Source of the DNA: Lepidodermella squamata
Taxonomy: Eukaryota; Animalia; Gastrotricha
Assembly (NCBI GenBank): GCA_047495785.1
Contig: JBLDXI010000010.1
Coordinates: 2,170,001 to 2,234,000 of the forward strand
Reading direction: 5' to 3'
DNA: 64,000 nt
Positions 36,535 through 48,354 of the stretch are shown piece by piece (position 1 is the stretch's first letter; the number at the start of each line of letters is the position of its first letter). Under the pieces are notes generated by a model. That model had not been told where the DNA came from, did not search any database, and worked only from the letters and a program-made list of their open reading frames with translations. Made by a program: the position numbers and the translations under genes.

Positions 36535-39500
36535 GCTGACGGTAATGTGATCTTGTGTATCTCTGAATCTTGGCACGCAAAACTAGATATATCTTCCATT
36601 CCTAAATACGAAAATTACTATGTGATACAAGTTGAAGCTAAAAAAATGAACGCAAAAGCAGGGCGCAAGCTCTCCGGCGGATTAATCTGCTATTTGCCTA
36701 AGTGGTTGAAAAATTGCATAAAAAATGAAATTCTTACTGAAAATTGCATTTTACTAGTACTTGAAATCAACCCGAAATCTTATACTATACTAGTATTTGC
36801 ATACGCAAACTATAATTTACCTACAAATTCTGAGGGCTCAAAAAATCTAAAAACTGTCTACCAAAATTACCTTAATTCTATTTCAAAATCTATAAAAAAG
36901 ACCAAAAAAGAAATGGAAAAATATAAACCCTGTGAAATTCTGGTCATGGGCGATTTCAACTCGCGAATAGGAACTCTAGACAACGACTCTCTACTCGACT
37001 CGTCGCTTCCAGAGCCCTGGCAAACCAGGAATAGCCAGGATCCCACGATAACACCCAACTCCACCGACTTTTTGGATTTTATCGACTCATTGGACTTATT
37101 CGTATTGAACGGACGCTCAGCCTCCGATAAAATAGGCCATTTCACCAGAAAACCGAACAAAAATAGCAAAACAGGAGGCTCGGTCATCGACTACGCCCTA
37201 GCCAGTGTAAGTTCGGTGGAAAAAATAGTCGACTTCAAAGTAAACACGAACGTAGACCTTTCAGATCACTTCGCCATAGAAACAAACCTCTGCTGCGAGG
37301 TGTTCGAAGATGGCTCCTTTGAAAAGCCGAAACCCATGAACCGCTTATGCCTTAATAAGAAATTATTTGCCAGTTTATGCCAAAACGACCTTGCCATCCG
37401 CAGAGGGAATTGCTATGAAACATCTGATACGACTGAGAACTTATGCGAAGACCTATACTTTCTAATCAACCAGGCGACCTACGTTAAAACCTATAACGTA
37501 AGAACTCGAATCGAAAACGACACGCAGTTTTTTGATGAAGAATGCCGAAAGAAAAGGCACGAACTGCGCACAGCCAAAAATCACGAGCGCCATCACCCCA
37601 AATGCTTGAATTTCCGCGAGATTAGGAAAAAGATCGAAAAGGAGTATAGAGCGCTGCTAGAAGAGAAAAAAGCCCAAAGAGAAAGGCAAGAATGGGAAAA
37701 AACAGATAAATTTTTACAACTACTCAGCGAAACACCGATCGATTTTTGGGAACTTCGTAAGCAATTAGCCAAATATTTGAAAAATGAGGAGTATGTAGAA
37801 ATGCCTTCGAGCGAGGACTTGATAGCTTTCTTCAAAGAGGTGTTTTACGATCAAAACAACGAAAATAGCCCGAAAAATGACTACATAGCATCGATCTCGA
37901 CGCAAGCGAAAGACCCGATTCTCGACGCACCGTTCGAAGTTGCCGAGATTAAAGCTTGTATAGAAGCTGCAAATCCAAACTCAGCACCTGGCATTGATCT
38001 CGTAGATTACAGATGCCTTAAGATGGCAGAGTGTGAAACGTGGCTTTACCCGTTTCTAGCGAAACTATACACCACTATATATAACAGCGGAGTCTACCCG
38101 AAAACTTGGAAACGCGCCATTCTACTGCCTATTCACAAAAAAAATGACAAAAATGACCCAAAAAATTACCGTCCTATTACACTGCTGTCAGTATTTTGTA
38201 AGCTATTCTCATCTCTACTAGACAAACGCCTTAGGAAATGGTTACTCGCGAGTGAAGATCGAAATCTGAACCCATCACAATTTGGCTTCCAAGAAGACCT
38301 ATCAGCAACCGATGGCACTACTGTTTTATACACTGTTCTAGCCAAACACATAGACAAAAAGCCATGCGCAGCCTTTATAGATTTCTCAAGTGCATTCGAT
38401 ACCATAAACAGGCCATTATTACTAAAAAAACTGGACAGACGTGGCACGTCCCCCCGCTTCAGACGAATTATAGACGAAATGTATACCGATAACTCACTAT
38501 TATTACGATACAAAAACAAACTAATTCATGATAACATTATAGAGAATAATACGGGAGTACGGCAAGGAGACCCGCTCTCGCCACTTCTATTTTGCCTTTT
38601 TATCGATGACCTAATTCCAGAATTACTTGAAGCATCACCAGGTTTAACACTATTCTCGTTGTATGTGATCTGCCTACTATACGCAGACGACCTAGTTCTG
38701 CTTGCAAAATCACCACAAGAACTTCAAAAACTACTAGACATCCTAGAAAATTTTGTAGTTCGAAACAACCTAAAAATTAACGTCGAAAAAACCAAGGTCA
38801 TGGTGTTTCATCGGGGCAGCAATTATAAACCAGCTGATTTCGAGTTCAAAATTTACAACAAAAAGATAGAGCAAGTTTCTGAATTCAAATATCTTGGAAT
38901 CATCCTGACCCATAATCTAAATTTTAAACGCTGCTCGGAGACAGCCCAGGCTAAAGTTAGGCGAATAATTTCACAACTGCCTGACACACTTAGACCATAT
39001 AAAAATTATTTTCCTTCTAATACTTTCCGCACGCTGTACAATTCATATTCTATTAGCCACATGACGTACGGGGCCGGTATTTGGGGCTTCAAACTCCGAA
39101 ATTCGATGCCGCTACTGAACATTTTATTTGCAAAAACCGTCCTAAACCTACCTAAAAGTGCTAGAAACGAGCTCGTAGCTCGCGAATTTTACATCGAACC
39201 CCCTAAAATAACACTGCTCATAGCAGCCTTAAAATACTATTTTTCCCTCAAATTTCGTAAAAATAACATCCTACTACAAGAAACATTTACCATACTCGAA
39301 AATAATAACACGCTGTGCCGCCACATCTACAAAAACCTCCGGGACGAAACCGCCAAAGACAATTTCGATCATATATTCGATGCCCCGAGTTACCTAGTTC
39401 CCGAGTTGATTGAGAACTATAAAACCTACCTGATCGACAGAGACAAATCAAACATTTTCGAAAAATTGAACTCCTTCTACACTAATCAAAATTTATTTAT

Positions 39501-40041
39501 CGAACAGCGACTCTCGAGATGGATAGAATATTTTGACGTTTTTGATATCACGGAGGCACAAACCTTGGCCAAAATTCGTACAAATTCTATATTTAAGCCT
39601 TTCCAATATGTCTTAGGTGAAATGAAATGCATTTTTTGCGAACAGGAAACGCTTCAATCTGTAAACCTTCTAACTCATCTAATCTTTGACTGCGCTGCTA
39701 CAATCAATTGTACATATAATTATAGAAAAAAATCTGATTTCGATAAAACTGTACTCTTGAATGCCCTGTGTAACTGTGAAAGCCCGAATAGCGTCAATCT
39801 AGCGACTTTGCTCAAATTAATTCTTAAATGGAGAAATGACTATAAAAATCGGGCCTATCCCGCCTTGCCGAATAATAATAACTGATGATAAATGATGGAA
39901 ATGATGATAATGTTAACTCTATTGCTATCTTACCGTCTCATAACCGTGATACTAACTAACATTATATAATGCTCGGTGCCCTCGGGCTGGCATTTAACAA
40001 CATGTGAACGGATTTTTCTAATAAAACAAAGGAAAATTGAA
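36535..40041 (+). mobile_element. Non-LTR retrotransposon (LINE), 5'-truncated, with 14-bp TSD
   Basis: ATTTTAAAACTCTC at 36521-36534 and 40042-40055. AATAAA near the 3' end. Confidence 0.9.
36547..39885 (+). CDS. LINE ORF2: APE endonuclease + reverse transcriptase + C-terminal CCHC-like motif
   Basis: ISESW, MGDFN, IDY, SDH; QFGF, DFSSAFD, GVRQGDPLSP, YADD; CIFC...HLIFDC. Open for 1112 codons but no ATG (truncated within the endonuclease domain). Confidence 0.95.
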   Translation: MILCISESWHAKLDISSIPKYENYYVIQVEAKKMNAKAGRKLSGGLICYLPKWLKNCIKNEILTENCILLVLEINPKSYTILVFAYANYNLPTNSEGSKNLKTVYQNYLNSISKSIKKTKKEMEKYKPCEILVMGDFNSRIGTLDNDSLLDSSLPEPWQTRNSQDPTITPNSTDFLDFIDSLDLFVLNGRSASDKIGHFTRKPNKNSKTGGSVIDYALASVSSVEKIVDFKVNTNVDLSDHFAIETNLCCEVFEDGSFEKPKPMNRLCLNKKLFASLCQNDLAIRRGNCYETSDTTENLCEDLYFLINQATYVKTYNVRTRIENDTQFFDEECRKKRHELRTAKNHERHHPKCLNFREIRKKIEKEYRALLEEKKAQRERQEWEKTDKFLQLLSETPIDFWELRKQLAKYLKNEEYVEMPSSEDLIAFFKEVFYDQNNENSPKNDYIASISTQAKDPILDAPFEVAEIKACIEAANPNSAPGIDLVDYRCLKMAECETWLYPFLAKLYTTIYNSGVYPKTWKRAILLPIHKKNDKNDPKNYRPITLLSVFCKLFSSLLDKRLRKWLLASEDRNLNPSQFGFQEDLSATDGTTVLYTVLAKHIDKKPCAAFIDFSSAFDTINRPLLLKKLDRRGTSPRFRRIIDEMYTDNSLLLRYKNKLIHDNIIENNTGVRQGDPLSPLLFCLFIDDLIPELLEASPGLTLFSLYVICLLYADDLVLLAKSPQELQKLLDILENFVVRNNLKINVEKTKVMVFHRGSNYKPADFEFKIYNKKIEQVSEFKYLGIILTHNLNFKRCSETAQAKVRRIISQLPDTLRPYKNYFPSNTFRTLYNSYSISHMTYGAGIWGFKLRNSMPLLNILFAKTVLNLPKSARNELVAREFYIEPPKITLLIAALKYYFSLKFRKNNILLQETFTILENNNTLCRHIYKNLRDETAKDNFDHIFDAPSYLVPELIENYKTYLIDRDKSNIFEKLNSFYTNQNLFIEQRLSRWIEYFDVFDITEAQTLAKIRTNSIFKPFQYVLGEMKCIFCEQETLQSVNLLTHLIFDCAATINCTYNYRKKSDFDKTVLLNALCNCESPNSVNLATLLKLILKWRNDYKNRAYPALPNNNN

Positions 40042-40434
40042 ATTTTAAAACTCTCCGAGAAGATTAGATGATAGACGAAAAAAACACACCGAGTAAGCTA
40101 TTTGATGCGCCATTGTTGACAGCTGAAATACCGAAGGTAAAGTTTTTCTTTGTAGTTGGTTTTTCGTGCAGTTTATGCTGATAGCTTCTCCTAATATGTT
40201 GAATGTTTAGATAATTGGTTATTCTTGATTCTTGATAATTAAAGCCAATTCTACAGAGAAAAGTGGGCATAGGAGAATATTCAATTAGCAAAAGTCTAGA
40301 AAAATTGGGATACAGGTTTTTCATGTTCGCTCTGGCTTTGAAAGTTTGCATTGCTGCGGAGATTCGATTGAAATTTCACAAGTTGCAACGTGATTGTCAG
40401 AACTCAGAACGCAGAAAAACCTGAGTCCAACAAC

Positions 40435-40764
40435 CATTGTGTGACCACTTAAAAGTCCAATCCAATGCGCACGCTGATCGTTGCTATGACTCCCGGATGA
40501 AACATCATGGTCGTGCGACGCATAAGATTTTTCGCAACAAGTGTTTTTTGCCGCAGCAATTTACCATCACCATTAATATGGAGTTTACGCTCGTGGTCAA
40601 TGGAAACTGTGCAGAGGGTGTGGCAAGGTCATTTTTTACATAAATATAAAATAATTTATTAGTGGATCGCACGACTAAATTGTTTCATTCCGGAGTCATT
40701 AGCAACGATAAATCGACCAATCAGCCTGCCCGCCTAAGTTCAACTTACCAGCGGTTCCACAATG
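40435..40764. mobile_element. Degenerate CATTGTG...CACAATG MITE (family of 8873-9173; fragment also at about 59100-59160)
   Basis: Terminal inverted repeats and shared ctgattggtc / gctatgactcc / gtcgtgcgatc motifs. Confidence 0.6.
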
Positions 40765-41084
40765 ACATTTACATATACAGTCAGAAGTTTTATCTGACAC
40801 ACATGTTATTATCACCAATGTGACGGATTTAATTCTTGTTTTTTTCATCCTCGTGTTTCAAATCGTGTTCTTTGGAAATTGATGCAACCAGTTGAAAACC
40901 GAAAATCACCGAACCAGTAACCGTCAGGTAATTTTAACGGGTTTTCTCCGGTAAATTTTTTATTTCTTCGGTAAAATCGTGGATAAAGAATAAAGAATGG
41001 AAGATTATCCCAACAGTGGGCCTAATTCCCTTAACAAAATTTCAAACTTAAAAAATGGTTGCGCAACATATGTGACACATTGTG

Positions 41085-42360
41085 GAGGACCCCGCCCTAA
41101 TTTCGGCCACCTCCTAAATTCGGCCGCTGCGTCCTAACTTCGGCCACCGGCCGCAATTTGGACACGAAGTGCTGTGCAGCAGTTTTATTTGCACGCAATT
41201 CAAGAACTTTGCATTGTTGGGCCCATCTGTTTCGCGATTTTTCAAGCACGTGATCGCAAAGAAATAATTCTAAATGCGAGCGAGCGGGCTTATGTCGCCT
41301 CTCGAGTGCTCTGTTACCGCTACTTTGCAGGTATAATTTACCCGAAACTGGCTCTTTAAAATTTACTGCTTTCACCTCAATAATTACCAGCTAAAAGCCA
41401 GCTTCATTTTGGTATAAAGTATCCTATCTAAAACGGGGAAAACGTTTTTCATCCGACCAATGTCTTTTTTTATCCGACCAATGTCTTATTTCATCCGACA
41501 ACCAAAAATTTGACTAAAATCATCCGACTTGCTTTTTCATATTTTCAAAAAATTACAGTAAAAAAGTGACAACTCGGTCGCCATAAATCATAAATCTTTC
41601 CCCATAAAATCCTGCCGGTTCAGGGGCCAAATAAGGGGGCATAAAAGGGGTACTTTCCTACGTACAAATCGATTTCAGGAAATCCGAGAAAATCGATATT
41701 TTCATGTCGGATGACAATTTTTGGTTGTCGGATGAAATAAGACATTGGTCTGATAAAAAAAGACATTGGTCGGATGGAAAAAGTCACACCCTCTAAAACC
41801 GCCCAAGTGAAGAGATCCTGAGGGCCAATTTTAAGGTTTTTGAGGTCGATTCCAAAAATTAGCAGTCAATAGGGGAATTGAATTCGGGAAAACAAAATCA
41901 ATACTCTTATTCTACAGGAGGCAAGGGATTTTTTAGATACTTTTCCAGAATTTTAGAAAGTCAACCGCAGTTATCAAACTTGTACCTGTCAATTCAAGTT
42001 TGAGTTTCAGGAATCACGTCGTCAAGGAAAAGCTCACAGGTGAAGCAACAAAGGCGGTTTTTATAGTTAGCTTTTTGAGACAAATCTAACGATACCAAAC
42101 TTATGGTATTAGTGGTATTATTCCACCTGGATGAGGTGGCCGAAATTAGGGCACCCGCTCCCTAATTCCGGTCGGGTGTCTGGGTGACTAAAAAATTAGC
42201 CATAAAATCAAGGTAAAATCGTCCGGACTAGCGGAAAGCGGCATTCGATAGCCTAATAACGCCTCTTTAATTCTGCTTATGCCGAATATTTTCTAAAAAT
42301 CTACCTGGCTGGCAAAGTAGGAAAAACCTGAAAAGCGGCCGAAATTAGGGCGGAGTCCTC
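41085..42360. mobile_element. MITE (GAGGAC.CCGCCCTAATTTCGGCC ends) containing a nested element at 41435-41791
   Basis: Outer 24-bp TIR. The inner element has GGG...CCC ends, tandem ATCCGACCAATGTC subterminal repeats and an 8-bp TSD TCTAAAAC. Confidence 0.8.
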
Positions 42361-43164
42361 TATATAAACGACTTAATTTCAGAATTTAACATCATCACCT
42401 ATCAACATTCATCTATTCCAGAGACAGGAATTCCAAATCCCCAAGCTATTACCCTATGACTCATCATTTTTTCATCATTTGGGCATTCAGCGTAGACCAT
42501 CAGTTCTCATTTGTCGCCAGTCTCGTCCTGAAATTTTTAACCGTTTTGTTAGAAGGTGTTTTCGTCGCAAAACAGTCACGTTTGTGGCTTTGTATGGCGC
42601 TTTTCATAAAACCCGGCGCTGTCAAAAGCGGCCTATTTAGAGACAGTTTTTTTTGTTATCACGCTATAAAAGCCTTGAAACGCATTCTTTCTTTCAAAAA
42701 CTTGTCCATTATTTTTGTTCAAAATGTCGGTCACTAAATTTGCAAGAAAAACGTTTTTTCGCGTTCGCGAAAAAATTCATTACTCGAGAATTTAGAAGTG
42801 ACATTTCATCAACGCAGGACAGTTACTAGAGAGTAATTATACCAGTTCATCAGTAATTATCTTGATTTTCCCAATTTTAAAGCAAAATGTGTGTTTCTTT
42901 CAAGCAGCGGCGACATTTCAGCAGCGATTTTCAGAATGCTCTCAGATAATTTTCAAGTGCCCAAATTTTGCCAAAATAAATTTGCTGAATTGCTGAATTT
43001 GCTCACTTGTCTAATTTTCGACTGGCAATATGGCACTCATAAATTGACCCCGAGTTGCTCAAACGTCATTGCCGAAATGTCGTGCTACAAATTACAAACA
43101 ACAGATCGAATCAATCAATTATTTTATTTTATTTTTAGCTTTTAAAAATAGTAATTACTGAAAA

Positions 43165-44032
43165 ATGTCGAAAGAAGGATCTTCATGTCCGTTTTCAAGT
43201 GCCTTGAAAAAGGAGAAAGAAATCGGCTTCTTCACGTATCGAATCCCATTTTTCATTCAAATGGCCATCGCCGTCGGCATATTCGCCGTCGCGTATCAAT
43301 GGGTCGATAGCCGTGACATCAAATTCGAAGGCACCAACAAAGTCGAGGCCCGTCTCGCCCTTGCCATCCGATGCCTGGCCTTTTCGATCACGCCCGTTTT
43401 CTACGCCTTGTTGACGGTTTCGATCGGCCGATTCACATCGCCGGCTTGTGACCCGACGTCCGGCAATGAGGCGCTAATTGCCCTGAGCCAACGCATTCTG
43501 GTCAACACCTTCGAGCAGTTTCTACTCCACGCTTTTGTCCTGCTGTCGTTCAGTACGATTCTCGATGAATCATCGTCCAAGTAAGATAGCCAATTTGATT
43601 TCAATAATTCAAAAAATGAAATTCAAAAAATTGAAATTTGTAAATTCAAAATTCAAAACCTACCTTTTTGTAATTTAATTATAAAGAAAATATCAAATCG
43701 ATATTTTTTAATTTTTCAAAAATTTCAACTTCATCAAAAAATTGAAATTATTTTTAATTTGATGTAATTTAATATTTTGAATTGATATCATTTGGTGCTA
43801 AAATAAGTTGACTAATTTTTACAGATTTATTCCGATGCTTTCGTTCATTTTCGTCCTCGGCCGTGTGGCGTTCATCGTCGGCTACCGCATGCATACGAAA
43901 GGCCGCGTTCTCGGTTTCGTTCTCACCCTCCTGCCCACCCTGCTCACGCTCATCTGCGTGCTCTCGCACCTGATCAAGGGCGGCGTCGCTGGGCTGGCCG
44001 AGTTCAACAAAGCAACTGCTAAATCACATTGA
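43165..44032 (+). CDS. MAPEG-family membrane protein (TMEM79-like), copy 1
   Basis: Exons 43165-43580 and 43825-44032. Motifs QRILVNTFEQ and FVLGRVAFIVGY. Several transmembrane helices. Confidence 0.8.
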
Positions 44033-46016
44033 TGAAGAACAGATGAAAACTCGGATATTACATTAAATTATGATTATTTGTTGTCGCGAAGAATAAAAAA
44101 ATTCAAAAGGGTGGCTCCAAAGGTTCGATTAAAATCATTCAATTAAAATAGTTCCTGCCCATTTTTCAATTTTTGCAAAATTGGTATATATCGCCAGAAA
44201 TATAGTAAAATTTATATTGCAGATAAATAGGTAAATTGAAACTAATTTCATGTACACTTTTTTTTTTATAAAATTTCAGAATCGTTACAAAAAATCGTAT
44301 ATTTTTAATTTTTTTAATTTCTTTTAAAATTCTGGAAATAGGTGTTGAAATACGTTTACAGTGTTTTGGCTCAAAAGTTGGGAATTAAAATCAAGACCCT
44401 GCATCTATTAGCCAATAAATACGATAATGAAGCTTATCCCCTGGCTGGACTTTGAGCGGACGGTCACCTTGCCAAGTGATGAATTCTGGAACTCATATAG
44501 ATAAAAAAGCAAAAGAGTATACTAATATTTTTATTTGCTGCCAGGCCGGAACGCGAAAAAACCAGGCTTATACTATCGCCGCGAGCGTTTACACACTGTA
44601 GCATGAGAGATTATTTATTCAACCACTCGTGGCCATTTTTTGCTGCGATTAGGAAAAAAAACCTTGTTTTGCCTCATGTTGTATAGGGTGTATAGACGAC
44701 GACGGTCCGCGGTCTCTGCTGCCTGTCTCAACGCTATATCGGTCGGAATGATTTTTTCCTCACGTTTTTTACCCCGATTTGAGCGCGTGTATATAAGATG
44801 GCTCGCGGAATCCAGATTAAACACTTCCATCGTATTCCTAATTTTCTACACTATCCTATATCAGCTTTCAGTAAGGAATATTTTTCATTGGGTTGGGCTC
44901 TGCCTTGGCGTGATTCTCTAGCCTAATTTGATCGTGATTTTTTGTGAATGAGAATTTATCCAACCAGGTAGTGAGAAACATTACGATGTTTATTTAGAAT
45001 TCGCTCCCATTTTATTGAACACTAATTTTGCGGAGAAGAAATTTAGCAGTAGAGCGAGAATTTTCAAATGGCAATTCAAAATCATCTTTTCAAAATGCTT
45101 ATTTTCGGTTGAAAATCCGGGAATTATTGGGAAATTATTTGGTTTATTTCCAATTCCATTGGTCAGCTGCTTGTTTACCGAAGCTGTTTTTAATATTAAA
45201 TTTTTTTTTAATATGAAACTGAATTTTTATTTAGCCTAGGCATTATTGAATATTTATTTGAAATTAATAGATTAGCTCTAAAGTTGAGACTCCGATAATT
45301 CGATTTCTTTGTAATATGGGAAGATTTAAGCGATTTCCGTAGAATCTCAAATTTTTATTTATCATGCCTAGCTTTTAGATTTCCCTATCTTAATCATTTG
45401 TCAACGTGAACACCTCAGCTTACGAGCAGCCTGCAGCCTGCAAAGCCGATACCGGTTATCAATTTCAAGTATCGATTTCAAAAATCAGTGATTTTTCCGA
45501 TATCAACCTCCTTGGAACCCACCGTCTATAACTTTGATATATGTCGTATATAATGTCGATTTTTATGTAATGTTAACTTTACATAGACCCAGCCTATGTA
45601 ATGTCGACTTTAAACGTGTAAAGTCGACATTAGATATTTAGAGTTAACTTTAAATGGCATTTAAATGAAAACAGCTATGTAATGTGAGCCAGATGGTGTT
45701 TTTGAATGATTACGCCTAACAGATGTGTCTGAACTTAACAAGCTAGGCCTGAAGTTAGAGTCATAATTCATTACCTTCTAATGACCTATATACCTTCTAG
45801 ATTCAAACTGCAAAGAATCCAAAGAGTTAAGTGTTAGGCGCTTAATTTAAGCTGGAACCTCAATTTTAATAAAAATTAATATTTCCTCTTTTTAAATTAC
45901 ACTTTTAAGTAATTTTAGAATTTTTCCTCACGAGTTCTGAGGCATTTTTATAGGTATATCAATATCTCAAATCTCAATTTCCTATTTCCTAGAATTTTTA
46001 TAAATTTTCGAGCAAA

Positions 46017-47323
46017 ATGACGAAAGACGGTGTGAAAAAGGAGAAGCAAGAGTCTGACGTTGGTTTCCTAACCTCACGAATTCCTTACGTCATTCAAATC
46101 GCCGCCGCAATCGCCATTTTCGGCGTCGCTTATCAATGGACCGACAACCAGGACATCGTTATCAAGGGCATGGATCGACTCGAGGCGCGACTCGGCCTCG
46201 CCGCGCGCTGCCTCGGCTTCTCGGCCTCGGCCTATGCCTTCACGCTGCTCACCGTGTCGCTGGGGCGCTTTTTGTCGCCGGCTGTTGATCCGTTCTCGGG
46301 CAACGAACACCTGTTGGCGATTAGCCAGCGCATCCTCATCAACACGCACGAACAGTTTGTCTTTCACATGATCAACATGGTGGCGCTGAGCACTTTTCTC
46401 GATGAAAAAACGGCCAAGTAAGTGAAGCTCCAAAGTATATTAGGCCATAACTTTCTGAAAATTCGATTGAAAATGGCTAAAAATGCCCCAGAAAATTATC
46501 AAAGGGTACCGTTACCAGAATAGTAGGGTTTTCCAAGATTCAAGTCTCAAATATTCAAAATTTATATACTTGGACCTTCATCGATTCTACTATCGACGTT
46601 ACAAATCAGTGATTTTTCCGATCTCAGAAATCAAGAAAGCAAGCCAAGTACCATAGAGAACGTTCTCTACGGATCGTACATACCTTAGGCTAACATTTAG
46701 CCTAATCATCCTTTCGTGCGAAATGGGAAAAATGAAAAATGTCGGATGAACACAAAATCGAGAAAATTTAGCTCTGGATCCTAAAATTACCCAAAGATAT
46801 ATCGAAAAATATCAGACCATTTTTTAATTTGTAATTTTGATGAAATTATCGAACATTTGAATGAACTTTATATTTCGGAACTTGGAAACTCACCTATCTT
46901 TCGGTCAATGTTTGAAGTGGGAGAAGGTGAAATTATACAAAATTGAAATGACCCAATATTTGCTTTAATCAGCGACCAGATCAGCCAATGAACTTGACCT
47001 ATTTTCGAGATAATATTTTTTTAATTATTATGATTAAGGAGCATTCCATTCTCCCTGGAATTATTCTTCGAAGCTAAAAAAAAGCTAAAATTGATTTTCC
47101 TGTTTTCGTTTCAAACAGATTTCTGCCCATGCTATCGTGCGTGTTCGTGCTCGGCCGCATTCTCTTCATCATCGGCTACCGCATCCACGAGAAGACGCGC
47201 GCCCTCGGCTTCGCGCTAACCATGATGCCCAACTCGTTCACCATCGTCTGCATCAACACTCTGCTGTACAAGCGCGGTCTCGCCGGCGTGGCCGAGTCGA
47301 TAATTTGGAACAAGGCTAATTAA
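46017..47323 (+). CDS. MAPEG-family membrane protein (TMEM79-like), copy 2
   Basis: Exons 46017-46417 and 47119-47323, same intron position as copy 1. QRILINTHEQ, FVLGRILFIIGY. Confidence 0.8.
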
Positions 47324-48354
47324 TCGCCTATCAACATGATATTGAAACTAGCCAAACTCAAGCATCATATTCGATGAAATGAAAAATATTCGATTGATTG
47401 TTTGAGGAATTGTCATTATCGACGAAATCACTGACCGTGAAACCGGAGATACAGAAATAAAGTAAAATTCTGAAATATATGGATCACTGAAGTCTAACCA
47501 CTTTAGGAATAACTTTAAACCATGCAAAACCTCAAGCTCACAAAAATGGCTGATTTCGTTTAGCGTTGAGCCCTTCGAAACGCCCTCATACCAATTCAGT
47601 GCACGATGTAGGATCGTGGAGCCATAGGGAGTGCGTTCGAGCAATCGGCCGAGATAGACTCGAGTAGAGGGGGGAAAGGGGTACCTCGGTACACTTCGCA
47701 GACACTTCGTAAAAACTCAAAGCCCAATGACAGCTTTTTCGAACACCCATTATTTAAAATAATCCTGTGGGTGGCTACAACCCCAGGGTGTCTAAAAGGC
47801 ATATCTCCGAGCTAGGGAAATCGTGTGAATCCGGTGAAAACGGATAATAATGACCAGAGTCTCGTAGGCTTGGTGATGAGCTTAGGACCCTTTTTGGGAC
47901 TGTCACCAAACGGCACTATAAATTGTTAAAAACACCGATTTTGCGAAGACCCAATTGAATGCATTTCTAATTTCTAGGTAGATCTTGTCATGAACTTTTT
48001 CTTTGAGAGCGGCTTCCTAGCTATCACCGATCTCGATATAGCTCAAGTGTGACACCAGATAAGGTCACGTGACCAACTAGACACTGGAATTTCTCCGTAA
48101 CCATAACTGATAAAAATATGGTGTTTTCGGATTCTTTCTACCAACTCTGTTTTCTATCGAAATAGCGCGTGTAAATAGGGAAGGAAAAATAGAAGATTTT
48201 GTTTTTAATATTGTGGGCTATAGCATGTAGCAGCATGTAGCAACATCAAATATTTATTCGAGCAGAGCAATTTTATTTCAAAATGAGTTGAATTAAATAA
48301 CACTCTTTCAGAAACAGTCAAGATGCAATCAGCCTATTTTGGTCCATCTAACTT

